Shown here: in pieces, positions 31,912 through 42,381 of the stretch
How the letters are laid out: each line of letters begins with the position of its first letter
How positions within the stretch are numbered: position 1 is the first letter of the stretch
Virus record (IMG/VR): IMGVR_UViG_3300023174_003623
Coordinates: 64,001 to 128,000 of that record
Length of the DNA: 64,000 nt
Reading direction: 5' to 3' (one strand)
DNA from: a virus
The notes under the pieces: model-generated
Database searches by the model: none
What the model was told of the DNA's origin: nothing
Seen by the model: only the letters and a program-made list of their open reading frames with translations
Made by a program: the position numbers and the translations under genes

Positions 31912-32322
31912 ATGGCAACAATGATTAATAGATCTGGGGCTTCTGCAATTATTCATGTAACATCTAACGATTGTGTTGTTATTGCTGGTAATCCTACCGT
32001 TAGTAATATTGCATTTGGTAATAGCACTGTATTTGAAACCATAACAGGAGCTTCTATTACACAAGTTTGGTGGGGTTCTACAGGTATTTCAGGCAATTCT
32101 TATTGGGTGGTCAATCGAGGCTTAGGTAGTGCTGGTTCTCCAGTTACAACAGTTAATGCTAATACGGTTTTAGTTTTACCAGATTCCGGTTATATGGATT
32201 ACGCAGGTGCTGGTGCGGCGTTGATTAAAAATTTAACTGCCAATTGCTCAGTTGCTTTATATAATAGCACCACTGGTTATTTGATGGTTGAATTCCAAAA
32301 AACACCAACAATTGACAAATAA
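31912..32322 (+). CDS. Hypothetical virion protein
   Basis: ORF in the head operon with a structural-protein composition. Confidence 0.55.
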   Translation: MATMINRSGASAIIHVTSNDCVVIAGNPTVSNIAFGNSTVFETITGASITQVWWGSTGISGNSYWVVNRGLGSAGSPVTTVNANTVLVLPDSGYMDYAGAGAALIKNLTANCSVALYNSTTGYLMVEFQKTPTIDK

Positions 32323-32331
32323 GGAACTAAC

Positions 32332-32991
32332 ATGAAACTTATCTGCGAACAAATAGAAAATGTTAGATACGTTGTAGAATCTAAAGAATCTGGTAAAAAA
32401 GATTTCTACATTGAAGGCATTTTTATGCAAGGCGAAATTCAAAATAGAAACGGTCGAGTATATCCCGTTACTGTTTTAGAAAAAGAATGCGCTCGTTACA
32501 TGAAAGAAGCTGTAAAGCAAAATAGAGCTTATGGCGAACTTGGGCATCCTAATGGCCCTTCAATTAATCTTGATCGAGTTTCTCATTTGATTACAGATCT
32601 TCGTCAAGAGGGATCTAATTTCTACGGTCGTGCTAAGATCATGGAAACTCCAATGGGAAATATCGTAAGAAATATTATGGAAGGTGGCGGATCATTTGGT
32701 GTTTCTACTCGTGGTATGGGATCTATTAAAGAAAATAAATCTGGCGTTATGGAAGTACAAGACGATTTTCATCTCGCAACTGCCGCAGACATTGTTGCAG
32801 ACCCTTCAGCCCCTGATGCATTTGTTCGTGGCATTATGGAAGGGGTTGAGTGGCTTTGGGACAATGGCATACTTAAGGCACATAAGCTTGAAGAGATGAA
32901 GACAACAATTACAAAGGCTTCATCAAAGAATCTCGAAGAAACAAAATTGAATGTTTTCAAGAGTTTTATCAACGAATTAGTTAAAAGATAA
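32332..32991 (+). CDS. g21: Prohead protease gp21
   Basis: NRNGRVY, GELGHP, VSH, GVSTRGMGS, DIVADPSAPDA. Confidence 0.97.
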   Translation: MKLICEQIENVRYVVESKESGKKDFYIEGIFMQGEIQNRNGRVYPVTVLEKECARYMKEAVKQNRAYGELGHPNGPSINLDRVSHLITDLRQEGSNFYGRAKIMETPMGNIVRNIMEGGGSFGVSTRGMGSIKENKSGVMEVQDDFHLATAADIVADPSAPDAFVRGIMEGVEWLWDNGILKAHKLEEMKTTITKASSKNLEETKLNVFKSFINELVKR

Positions 32992-33036
32992 CTTTTAATA
33001 AATACATAAAACATAATTTTTAGAGGAGTTTCTAAG

Positions 33037-34032
33037 ATGAACCTTACAGAAACAATAAAGAACATGAAACAAAATATTAATGAAGCTGTTCAAAATGGTG
33101 GCGGTACTACTGGTGTATCCATGGTACCTGATCCAACAAATGTTCGTGCAAAGCCTCCCGGTAATAGCAAGATACAAGGGGATATGAAGGTAATCAATCC
33201 TATTGCTGGTGATGAAGAAGAAACAGACCCAGAAAACAATAGTGCACCTACAAATACATCCGCAGATAAAAATAGAGCCACAATTGCTGCAAAAGGAACT
33301 GGCATGAAAGAACATATCATTTCAATGTTCGACGGAGAAGATCTCTCTGAAGAATTCAAAGAAAAAGCTGGCACACTATTTGAAGTTGCAGTAAATCAAC
33401 GTGTTGCCGAACTTCAAGAAGAATTTGAAATTGTTCTTGCTGAAGAAATTGAAAAAATAGAAGAAGAAGCCACTGCTCAAATTGAAGAGCTTGTCGCTAA
33501 GCTTGACGAATATCTTTCTTATGTTGCCGAACAGTGGGTTGCCGAGAACGAAATCGCAATAGAAACTGGTCTCAAAGCTGATATTACAGAAGGTTTTATC
33601 GAAGGTTTAAGAGATCTTTTTGCAGAACATTATATTGATGTTCCTGATGAAAAATTTGATGTTGTTGAGGAATTGGCTGCTCGTGTTGAAGAACTTGAGG
33701 GTCAGTTAAACGAAGCTATAAACGAAAACATTAAGCTTAATTCTTCGATCACCGAAATGACTGCTGAAGAAACTTTTAATGAAGTTGCTGAAGGTCTTGC
33801 TTCTACTCAGGTAGAAAAATTCAAGCATTTGGCAGAAGGTATTGAATTTGATGACGTTTCAAATTTCAAGAAAAAGCTTAATATCATCAAAGAAAATTAC
33901 TTCTCCACAGGAGTCGTAGAAAAGAAAACTTCTAATCTTCTAGAGGAATCTTTTGAAGGCGAAGAAGAACCAAAAAATCATGGTCCAATGGCTAACTATG
34001 TTAGAGCCATTAGCAGGAACATTGTTAAGTAA
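33037..34032 (+). CDS. g22: Prohead scaffold protein gp22
   Basis: LSEEFKEKA.TLFE.AV, YL.YV.EQW..EN. Confidence 0.92.
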   Translation: MNLTETIKNMKQNINEAVQNGGGTTGVSMVPDPTNVRAKPPGNSKIQGDMKVINPIAGDEEETDPENNSAPTNTSADKNRATIAAKGTGMKEHIISMFDGEDLSEEFKEKAGTLFEVAVNQRVAELQEEFEIVLAEEIEKIEEEATAQIEELVAKLDEYLSYVAEQWVAENEIAIETGLKADITEGFIEGLRDLFAEHYIDVPDEKFDVVEELAARVEELEGQLNEAINENIKLNSSITEMTAEETFNEVAEGLASTQVEKFKHLAEGIEFDDVSNFKKKLNIIKENYFSTGVVEKKTSNLLEESFEGEEEPKNHGPMANYVRAISRNIVK

Positions 34033-34044
34033 AAAAATTAAATT

Positions 34045-34052
34045 TATAAATA
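34045..34052 (+). promoter_or_regulatory. Late promoter of g23
   Basis: TATAAATA, intergenic. Confidence 0.8.
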
Positions 34053-34094
34053 GTTAAAAGCAAAATAATTAATTGCTTACAAAGGAGAATCCCA

Positions 34095-35444
34095 ATGATG
34101 TTAACTGAAGATGCACAAAGAAAGTGGGCACCCGTTCTACAGCACCCAGATCTACCAAAGATCTCCGATGCTCATCGTCGTGCCGTAACCGCAATAATCC
34201 TAGAAAACACAGAGTACGCTCTCCGTGAAGCCGGTGCCCATCTTGGTCATCAAAGACTTCTAGGTGAAGATGCACCCAACAACGCAATCGGCAACCCAGC
34301 CTCAGATAATTCTGGTGCTATCGATACCTTCGATCCAGTATTAATTTCATTGGTTCGTCGCTCAATGCCAAATCTAATTGCCTATGATATCTGCGGCGTT
34401 CAGCCAATGACAGGTCCAACTGGTTTGATTTTCGCAATGCGTTCACGTTATACTAATCAAACTGGCACTGAAGCGTTATTTAACGAAGCAAATTCAATGT
34501 TTGCTACAACAAGAATAGCAGGCACTGGCCTTGGTAATAACTCTGTTGGTACTTCTCCCGTTGCAAACAACAGCATTACGAATAACCTTTACAACACTGG
34601 TAAAGGTGCTCTTACTGCTAATGCCGAAGCTTTAGGTACAACCAATAACCCAGACATTCCTCAAATGGCTTTCAGCATCGAGAAGGTAACCGTAACGGCT
34701 CTAACTCGTGCTCTAAAAGCTGAATACACAATGGAACTTGCTCAGGATCTAAAGGCTATTCATGGTCTAGATGCCGAAACAGAACTATCTAATATTCTAA
34801 GTTCTGAAATTCTAGCTGAAATCAACCGTGAAGTCATTCGTACAATCAACATTACTGCAAGACAAGGTGCCAGTTCTGGTACAACTACTGCCGGTGTGTT
34901 CGACCTTGATACGGACTCCAATGGTCGTTGGTCAGTTGAAAAGTTCAAAGGTCTAATGTTCCAAGTAGAACGTGAATGTAATCAGATTGCCAAAGAAACC
35001 CGTCGTGGTAAAGGCAATATTCTAATCTGCTCTTCTGACGTAGCTTCTGCTCTTCAGATGGCAGGTGTTCTAGATTACGCTCCTGCTCTAAATAGCAATA
35101 ACCTAAATGTTGACGATACTGGCAACACCTTTGCTGGTGTTCTAAATGGTCGTATCCGTGTCTACATTGACCCATATACAACTGGTAATTATCTAACAAC
35201 TGGTTATAAAGGTTCAAGCCCATTCGATGCCGGTCTATTCTATTGCCCATATGTTCCACTACAAATGGTTCGTGCGGTCGATCAGGGTAGCTTCCAGCCA
35301 AAGATTGGTTTCAAGACCCGCTACGGTATTGTTGCTAATCCATTCGCTGAAGCCACTAATGCTGCCACACCAGCAAATAGCGGTCGTCTAGTAGAAGATT
35401 CTAACGTCTACTATCGTCGTATGGTTGTTACCAACATCATGTAA
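34095..35444 (+). CDS. g23: Major capsid protein gp23
   Basis: CGVQPMTGPTGLIFAMR, RALKAEYT.ELAQDLKAIHG.DA, YCPYVPLQ, GFKTRYG. Confidence 0.98.
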   Translation: MMLTEDAQRKWAPVLQHPDLPKISDAHRRAVTAIILENTEYALREAGAHLGHQRLLGEDAPNNAIGNPASDNSGAIDTFDPVLISLVRRSMPNLIAYDICGVQPMTGPTGLIFAMRSRYTNQTGTEALFNEANSMFATTRIAGTGLGNNSVGTSPVANNSITNNLYNTGKGALTANAEALGTTNNPDIPQMAFSIEKVTVTALTRALKAEYTMELAQDLKAIHGLDAETELSNILSSEILAEINREVIRTINITARQGASSGTTTAGVFDLDTDSNGRWSVEKFKGLMFQVERECNQIAKETRRGKGNILICSSDVASALQMAGVLDYAPALNSNNLNVDDTGNTFAGVLNGRIRVYIDPYTTGNYLTTGYKGSSPFDAGLFYCPYVPLQMVRAVDQGSFQPKIGFKTRYGIVANPFAEATNAATPANSGRLVEDSNVYYRRMVVTNIM

Positions 35445-35455
35445 TTAAGGTACAA

Positions 35456-35535
35456 AAAGAGGGGGTTTATGCCCCCTCTTTCCTTATAAGAAGATTGTTA
35501 TAAATTATAGGAGAGTAACCCTCTCCTATTTTTTT
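35456..35535 (+). terminator. Tandem terminator hairpins after g23
   Basis: aaagaggggg/ccccctcttt stem, then ataggagag/ctctcctat stem with a T-run. Confidence 0.8.
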
Positions 35536-35536
35536 G

Positions 35537-35544
35537 TATAAATA
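35537..35544 (+). promoter_or_regulatory. Late promoter of g3
   Basis: TATAAATA directly after the terminator. Confidence 0.75.
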
Positions 35545-35564
35545 TTATGATAAAGGAGATTTTT

Positions 35565-36101
35565 ATGTCAGCTTTATCAAATCAACCCACAAATAAAAAC
35601 TTTATGTCTCCGTTAGGATTTAAATTCCTAATTAAGAAGACACCTAATATCAATTGGTTTATACAATCCGTAAACCTCCCCGGAATCAAAGTTCCTCCTG
35701 CGCCTATTGATACTCCTTTTGTTCGCATTCCATTTAGTGGAGAACAAATGACATTTGATGATTTAAGGATTACTTTTCGTGTTGATGAAGACATGAAAAA
35801 TTATCTTGAAATATACAATTGGATTATCGGTACAGCATTTCCTGAAACATTTGAACAATATGAAGGTATTGGTCCCAGTACATCTAATACTAACAGATTT
35901 ACTAAACCGGGTCAACTAAAATCTGATGCATCTTTAATAATTATGAATTCTGCTATGAATCCTATCTTAGATATTTCTTTTTATGATGTAGCCCCTACGG
36001 AATTATCTGCAATATCATTTGATACTAGACTTACAGATGTTTCTTACATTGATGCCTCAGTAACATTTTCTTATCTTAGATACAAAATTAATACGATTTA
36101 G
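35565..36101 (+). CDS. g3: Tail completion protein gp3
   Basis: NFMSP.GFKF, LPGI, F.VDEDM.NY.EIY.WI; start set after the AAGGAG RBS. Confidence 0.88.
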   Translation: MSALSNQPTNKNFMSPLGFKFLIKKTPNINWFIQSVNLPGIKVPPAPIDTPFVRIPFSGEQMTFDDLRITFRVDEDMKNYLEIYNWIIGTAFPETFEQYEGIGPSTSNTNRFTKPGQLKSDASLIIMNSAMNPILDISFYDVAPTELSAISFDTRLTDVSYIDASVTFSYLRYKINTI

Positions 36102-36104
36102 CTA

Positions 36105-36132
36105 TTGACATTTTAAAAAATACTGGTATAAT
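36105..36132 (+). promoter_or_regulatory. Sigma70-type early promoter
   Basis: TTGACA-16nt-TATAAT with TG extended -10, upstream of uvsY. Confidence 0.8.
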
Positions 36133-36165
36133 CAGTAATGTCTTGAATCATATAATGGAAGTATT

Positions 36166-36600
36166 ATGAAGTTAGAAGAAATACAGTCTATGTGGAAAGA
36201 ACACTGTAACATTGACAGAAGTGAACTTGGTGAGGAAAGCTTAAAGATTTCTCAATATCATTCTATTTACTTTAAGATTTTTTCAGAGGAACGTCTTCTT
36301 CTTAAGAAACTTGAAAGGTCTTATAAATCTTTATATAAAACTAAGTATGAATATTACAATGGATCGATTAGCTATGAAGAATTAAAAGAGAACGGATGGG
36401 AACCTTTTGGATTAAAGATTCTTAAATCAGATACACATATATACTTAGACTCAGATAAAGATGTGATATCCCTTCAGCTTAAGATTGAATACCAAAAAGA
36501 AAAAATTGATTTCTTAGAAAATATTATTAAGAGCTTAAACGCAAGAGGATATCAAATTAAAAATGCAATTGATTGGTCTAAGTTTATAAATGGTGTTTGA
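36166..36600 (+). CDS. uvsY: Recombination mediator UvsY
   Basis: YEYYNG, YLDSD.D, RGYQIKNAIDW; adjacent to uvsW. Confidence 0.9.
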   Translation: MKLEEIQSMWKEHCNIDRSELGEESLKISQYHSIYFKIFSEERLLLKKLERSYKSLYKTKYEYYNGSISYEELKENGWEPFGLKILKSDTHIYLDSDKDVISLQLKIEYQKEKIDFLENIIKSLNARGYQIKNAIDWSKFINGV

Positions 36601-38045
36601 TGGATGTAAGAATTACTAAAATTAATGAAATCTATAATAAGATTGACTGTGAACCGGGAATAGCAAAAGAGATAGACTCTTTTTTTTCCTTTAAAGTTCC
36701 TAACTATCAGTTTATGCCTTTGTATAAAACTGGTAGTTGGGATGGTTCTGTTCATTTATTTTCTATACAAAACCGTCTTTTATATGCTGGTTTAACTCAG
36801 TACTTAGATAAGTTTTGTGAAGAAAGAGAATACACTATAGAATATAAATCAGATTTTAGTGACGATTCTTTATCTGATGAAGAAGTTAAAAGCTTCATTT
36901 CTTCATTAGGGCTACCATTTTCTCCAAGAGATTATCAAATAGATGCGTTTATTCATGCAATATGTAAACGCAGATCTCTTCTTATATCTCCAACTGCCTC
37001 TGGTAAATCTTTGATCATTTATTTGATCACACGATATCTCAACTCACGCACTCTTCTTATTGTCCCTACTACTTCCCTTGTGCATCAAATGTATTCTGAT
37101 TTTGAATCTTATGGTTTTGACTCAAAGAAGAACTGCCATAAAATTTATTCAGGCGAAGATAAACATGAAGATAAAATGGTAACAATTACAACATGGCAAT
37201 CTATTTACAAGATGCCCAAAGCATGGTTTAAAAAATTTGATGTTGTAATTGGAGATGAAGCTCATTTGTTTAAAGCCAAATCACTTACAACCATAATGAC
37301 AAATTTACTGAACAGCAAATATAGATTTGGCTTTACGGGAACTTTAGATGGCACTCAGACTCATAAGTTAATGCTTGAAGGATTATTTGGTCCCGTCAAA
37401 AAAGTAACCACTACTCATGAGTTGATCGAACAAAAACACCTTTCAAATTTTAAAATCAAGTGTATTCTTTTACAGCATACAGATGAACATCGTAAACTTC
37501 TGGTAAAGAAAAAATATGCTGAAGAAATGGATTTTATTGTTGGGTTAGAAAAACGAAATAAATTTATACAGGATTTAGTGCTTTCTCAGAAAGGAAATAC
37601 ATTATTGCTGTTTCAATATGTTGAAAAACATGGAAAAATACTGTATAATAGTATCAAACAGGCAATCTCTAAAGAGAGATCTATTTACTTTGTTCACGGT
37701 GGAGTTGAAGGAGAAGATCGAGAGAATATAAGAAAATTGGTGGAGATGGATAATGATGCGATTATTATTGCTTCTTATGGAACATTTAGTACTGGCATCA
37801 ACATAAAAAATCTTCACAACATTATATTTGCTTCTCCGTCAAAGTCAAGGATTAGAAATCTACAATCAATTGGTCGTGGGCTTCGATTAGGAGAGAACAA
37901 AGAAAGCTGTACATTGTTTGATATTGCAGATGACCTTTCATGGAAATCAAAAAGAAATCATACATTACTGCATTTTATCGAGCGAATTAAAACTTACAAC
38001 GAAGAGAAGTTTGACGTAAAAATTTTCTCAAAGAGACTGATATGA
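36600..38045 (+). CDS. uvsW: SF2 helicase UvsW
   Basis: PRDYQ, SPTASGKS, GDEAH, STGINI..LH, LQSIGRGLR. Confidence 0.95.
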   Translation: MDVRITKINEIYNKIDCEPGIAKEIDSFFSFKVPNYQFMPLYKTGSWDGSVHLFSIQNRLLYAGLTQYLDKFCEEREYTIEYKSDFSDDSLSDEEVKSFISSLGLPFSPRDYQIDAFIHAICKRRSLLISPTASGKSLIIYLITRYLNSRTLLIVPTTSLVHQMYSDFESYGFDSKKNCHKIYSGEDKHEDKMVTITTWQSIYKMPKAWFKKFDVVIGDEAHLFKAKSLTTIMTNLLNSKYRFGFTGTLDGTQTHKLMLEGLFGPVKKVTTTHELIEQKHLSNFKIKCILLQHTDEHRKLLVKKKYAEEMDFIVGLEKRNKFIQDLVLSQKGNTLLLFQYVEKHGKILYNSIKQAISKERSIYFVHGGVEGEDRENIRKLVEMDNDAIIIASYGTFSTGINIKNLHNIIFASPSKSRIRNLQSIGRGLRLGENKESCTLFDIADDLSWKSKRNHTLLHFIERIKTYNEEKFDVKIFSKRLI

Positions 38046-38476
38046 GTACATATACAATAATTAAATTAAACACAGGTCAAGATATTATTTGTTCACTTAC
38101 TAAGGAACACTTATCTTCTTCTTTCATGTTAGAAGTAGAGAATCCTATGTTAATTCATCATAGCGTGAATGCTGATGGTTCAATAATAATTCTTCTTAAA
38201 AGATTTAACCCATTAGCTTTATCTACTAAGATGACAATAGAGCGGGCGCATATTATTGCAACGTATGCGCCACAAAAACAATTTGCAAATTATTATTGTG
38301 CAATTCTAGCTTTTCATGAAAAAGTTTTGGATGAAATGGCAATAAGAGATATTGATATAGCCACATCATTTATTGATGCAGCAATTATGAATGAAAAATT
38401 TGAAGAGACCTTTAAAGATATAAAGGAAAAGAAGAATGCACATGTAACAAAAAAGACTGATAAAAAGGTACATTAA
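38042..38476 (+). CDS. Conserved hypothetical protein (Sm-like fold) between uvsW and g55
   Basis: IKLNTGQDII start; conserved synteny. Confidence 0.6.
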   Translation: MSTYTIIKLNTGQDIICSLTKEHLSSSFMLEVENPMLIHHSVNADGSIIILLKRFNPLALSTKMTIERAHIIATYAPQKQFANYYCAILAFHEKVLDEMAIRDIDIATSFIDAAIMNEKFEETFKDIKEKKNAHVTKKTDKKVH

Positions 38477-39060
38477 TGAATATTGAAACCTCACATTATG
38501 TAAATAATAAAAAGTTACTAGAAGAACTTATTATACATCATAATCTAGTAAAAGAATCGAAAGTTAATGGTGCGAAAAAACCTCGCATTTCTAATTATGT
38601 AGGTGAGTGTATTATGTTGATTGCCAAAAAATTGTGCAATCGACCAAATTTCATGAACTATCCTTTTAAAGAAGAAATGATTGGTGATGGTATTGAAAAT
38701 TGCTTGATGTATATTGATAATTTTGATCCGGCAAAATCTAGTAATCCTTTTGCTTATATTACACAAATTATTTACTTTGCATTTGTTCGTCGTATAACAA
38801 AAGAAAAGCGTCATTTATATACAAAACATAAATTAATACAAAATTATGTAATTCATGGTGGTAACTATGATCAAAATGAATGGGATGAAATAGTTCAACA
38901 AACTTATGTTGAGAATGAGAATGCGGGCGATTTTATCAAAGCATTTGAAGAAGGTTTAGTCCGTAAGAAAAAAGAAAAAAAGAAAATAGGAATTGAAAAA
39001 TTTATTGAAGAAGATATTGAAGAATTAGAATCTGAAATTGTAGTGAAGGATGGATTATGA
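38476..39060 (+). CDS. g55: Late sigma factor gp55
   Basis: HYVNNK, PNF.NY..KEEMIGDGIENC, NPFAY.TQI...AF.RRI..EK. Confidence 0.95.
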   Translation: MNIETSHYVNNKKLLEELIIHHNLVKESKVNGAKKPRISNYVGECIMLIAKKLCNRPNFMNYPFKEEMIGDGIENCLMYIDNFDPAKSSNPFAYITQIIYFAFVRRITKEKRHLYTKHKLIQNYVIHGGNYDQNEWDEIVQQTYVENENAGDFIKAFEEGLVRKKKEKKKIGIEKFIEEDIEELESEIVVKDGL

Positions 39061-40121
39061 CTCAAGTTGCTCTTATAACAGATACTCATTGGGGTTGTAG
39101 GAATGACAGTCCAATCTTTGCACAACATATTTTTAGGTTTTACAGCGAAGTATTTTTCCCTTATCTTAAGCAGCATGGAATTAATTTTATCATTCATCTT
39201 GGCGATATTGTAGATCGAAGAAAGTATATCAACTTTGTTACGGCTAAGAATCTTAAAGATGATTTTATCGACCCAATAAAGAATAACAAGTTATTCCTTC
39301 ATGCGATTATAGGCAATCACGATACATTTTTTAAGAACACTAATGAAGTAAACTCGATGGATGTTTTATATGGAGACAGTTCTCCATTTCGATATTATTC
39401 ATCCCCTCAAGAAATTAATATTGATGGCTGTAAAATATTATTGATGCCTTGGATTTGCACTGATAATCATGATGAGTGTATGGAAGCTATTGAAAATACA
39501 GATGCTCAAATATTGTTTGGTCATCTTGAACTCAGTGGGTTTGAGATGTATAAAGGACATGCTAACGATCATGGATTTGAGTCGAAGATTTTTGATAAGT
39601 TTGATTTAGTATGTTCCGGTCATTTTCATCATAAATCAACGAGAGGCAATATCAATTATCTTGGTGCCCCTTATGAAATGACTTGGAGTGATTATGATGA
39701 TCCCCGTGGCTTTCATGTGTTTGATACTGCAACAAGAGAATTGACTTTTATAGAAAATCCAAATAAGATATATCATAAAATAATCTATGATGATACTGAT
39801 AAAACTATTGAATATGTTACTTCTCAAGACTTTTCAGAGTATAAGGGTTGCATAATAAAAGTTATCATTAAGCAGAAGACCAACCCACATCTGTTTGATT
39901 TGTTTATTGATGCACTTGAGAAAGCTGGAGTTGCAGACCTTCAAGCAGTTGAAGATCATCTGAATCTAGACCTTACGATGGATGAAGAAATCCTTGAAGA
40001 AGCAGAAGATACTTTGTCGATATTGAATAAGTTTATTGAACAAATTGCAGACAAAAACAATCACAATAATCTTTCTCGTTTAATCAAAGAGTTATATGAT
40101 GAAGCTCTAGCGGTGGAATAA
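39057..40121 (+). CDS. g47: Recombination endonuclease gp47 (Mre11-like)
   Basis: DTHWG, LGD..DRRK, GNHD, SGHFH. Confidence 0.95.
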   Translation: MTQVALITDTHWGCRNDSPIFAQHIFRFYSEVFFPYLKQHGINFIIHLGDIVDRRKYINFVTAKNLKDDFIDPIKNNKLFLHAIIGNHDTFFKNTNEVNSMDVLYGDSSPFRYYSSPQEINIDGCKILLMPWICTDNHDECMEAIENTDAQILFGHLELSGFEMYKGHANDHGFESKIFDKFDLVCSGHFHHKSTRGNINYLGAPYEMTWSDYDDPRGFHVFDTATRELTFIENPNKIYHKIIYDDTDKTIEYVTSQDFSEYKGCIIKVIIKQKTNPHLFDLFIDALEKAGVADLQAVEDHLNLDLTMDEEILEEAEDTLSILNKFIEQIADKNNHNNLSRLIKELYDEALAVE

Positions 40122-40126
40122 TTTAT

Positions 40127-41842
40127 ATGATTAATTTTAAATTTCTACGATGGAAAAACCTGTTATCTACAGGTAATAATTTTACAGAAATAAATTTGAG
40201 TAAATCTAAAACCACTTTGATTGTGGGTGAGAACGGTGCGGGTAAGTCTACTATTCTTGATGCGCTATCGTTTAGTTTGTATGGTAAACCTTTTCGTAAA
40301 ATTAACAAATACCAACTGGCTAACACCATCAACAATAAAAATGTGGTTGCAGAAGTAGAGTTTGATATTGGTCGTCACTCGTATAAAGTTGTACGAGGAA
40401 TGAAGCCCAATATATTTGAAATTTATCAAAACGGAACTCTACTTAATCAAAACGCTGAGATGAAGGAGTACCAAGAGATATTTGAGAAGCAGATTTTGAA
40501 GATGAATCATAAATCTTTTTCTCAGGTGGTCATTCTTGGATCAGCATCTTTTACTCCATTTATGCAATTACCTGCTGCTCATCGTCGTGAAGTAATTGAA
40601 GATCTACTTGACATTCAGATTTTTTCGACAATGAACTCTTTGCTTAAAACAAAGATGCAGCAGAATAAAGAAGATTTAGCGAAATCTGAAATGATGATTC
40701 AGTTAGCCAATCAGAAGATAACCTTACACAGACAAAACATTGAAACTCTTAAACAAAATAATGATGAGTTAATTGAAGGATATCATCGTAAAATTGATAC
40801 TAATAGAATGGCAATTGAAGAATATTCTTTATTAGTTCAAAAGCTAGTGGCAGAGACTGAAGACTTGAAGACAAAGATTACTGACCAATCTAAGGTACAC
40901 AATAAGTCTAAGAAATTAGATACTATAGAATTTCAAATAAAAGAAAAACGAAAGTCTATTGAAAAGGAAATATCTTTTTTTCATGACAACGACAACTGCC
41001 CAACTTGTAAACAAGAGTTACAAGTTGAACATAAGAATGAAAGACTAACTGAGCGGTCTAGTCAATTAAAATCTCTTGAAGAAGCTTTTGAACGGTTCAA
41101 ACAAGAACGGGCTGATTGTAATGTTAGGCTTGAAGAGATTATAGCAATTACCGCTGAGATTTCTAAAAAGAATAATAAGATTTCTGAAATTAAACATAGC
41201 ATCAATATCTGTAATGCTACGATTAATTCACTAGAAAATAATATTAAATCTATTGAATCTCAATCTAAGAAAATTGGAGAAGATAGCAGCAAGTTAGAAG
41301 AAATTCAAAACGAACTTTCGCTTTCTATTCAAGAAAAAAACAAATATGCAGAATTAAAGTCATTACACGACATTGCAGCAAATCTCCTTAAAGATACAGG
41401 AATAAAAACTAAAATCATTAAACAATATATTCCTGTGATGAATAAGTTGATTAACAAGTATTTGGCGGCAATGGATTTTTTTGTAGAATTTGAGTTGAAT
41501 GAAAATTTTGAAGAAAAGATTAAATCGAGGTATCGAGATGAATTTAGCTATGACTCTTTTTCAGAAGGTGAAAAACTTCGTATTGACTTGGCTTTATTGT
41601 TTACTTGGAGAGCCATTTCTAAATTACGCAACAGTGCTAGCACTAATCTTCTCATCATGGACGAGATATTTGATTCTTCCTTAGATAATGCAGGTACAGA
41701 AGAGTTTCTAAAAATTCTAGAAACCTTGACAACAGACACAAATGTGTTTATAATAAGTCATAAAATAGATAATCTTTATGACAAATTTCACTCTGTGATT
41801 CGGTTTGAAAAACATAAAAACTTTAGTAGAATAGCGGCTTAA
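40127..41842 (+). CDS. g46: Recombination ATPase gp46 (Rad50-like)
   Basis: GENGAGKST, CPTC hook, FSEGEK, IMDEIFD. Confidence 0.95.
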   Translation: MINFKFLRWKNLLSTGNNFTEINLSKSKTTLIVGENGAGKSTILDALSFSLYGKPFRKINKYQLANTINNKNVVAEVEFDIGRHSYKVVRGMKPNIFEIYQNGTLLNQNAEMKEYQEIFEKQILKMNHKSFSQVVILGSASFTPFMQLPAAHRREVIEDLLDIQIFSTMNSLLKTKMQQNKEDLAKSEMMIQLANQKITLHRQNIETLKQNNDELIEGYHRKIDTNRMAIEEYSLLVQKLVAETEDLKTKITDQSKVHNKSKKLDTIEFQIKEKRKSIEKEISFFHDNDNCPTCKQELQVEHKNERLTERSSQLKSLEEAFERFKQERADCNVRLEEIIAITAEISKKNNKISEIKHSINICNATINSLENNIKSIESQSKKIGEDSSKLEEIQNELSLSIQEKNKYAELKSLHDIAANLLKDTGIKTKIIKQYIPVMNKLINKYLAAMDFFVEFELNENFEEKIKSRYRDEFSYDSFSEGEKLRIDLALLFTWRAISKLRNSASTNLLIMDEIFDSSLDNAGTEEFLKILETLTTDTNVFIISHKIDNLYDKFHSVIRFEKHKNFSRIAA

Positions 41843-41844
41843 TT

Positions 41845-42381
41845 ATGACAGAAGAAATTAAATACGAAATATTACCATTAGTTCCTAATACAGACCCTAT
41901 TCTGTTTAGGCCAATCGAACGGTTTAATTTTGAAAACCCACCAGTAGATCCAATTTATCTAGCAAATTGTTTGATTGCTACAATGAATCATAATTCCGGT
42001 ATGGGGTTATCAGCAAACCAATGTGGACTTCCTTTTAGGGTATTTGTAATGCGAGCAGAAGAAGCTATTGTGTGTTATAATCCACGCATTATTGAAGTTG
42101 CTCCAGAGCAAGTTAATTTAGATGAAGGCTGTCTTTCATATCCTTTTCTATATGTTAAAATTAAACGCCCCATGTATGTTAGGGCACGTTTTACTAATGC
42201 ATTTGGTGAAACGTTTACAAAACAATTTGTGGGTATGAGTGCTCGTTGTTTTCTGCATGAAATGGATCATCTTGAAGGAATTAATTTTACTCAGAGAGCT
42301 AATAAAGCATTGTTAGACCGAGCAAAACGTCAATCTATTAAAGTACAAAAAAGACAGAAACCTGCTAAGTTGGCACTATGA
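41845..42381 (+). CDS. def: Peptide deformylase
   Basis: GMGLSANQ, EGCLS and HEMDH signature motifs. Confidence 0.92.
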   Translation: MTEEIKYEILPLVPNTDPILFRPIERFNFENPPVDPIYLANCLIATMNHNSGMGLSANQCGLPFRVFVMRAEEAIVCYNPRIIEVAPEQVNLDEGCLSYPFLYVKIKRPMYVRARFTNAFGETFTKQFVGMSARCFLHEMDHLEGINFTQRANKALLDRAKRQSIKVQKRQKPAKLAL

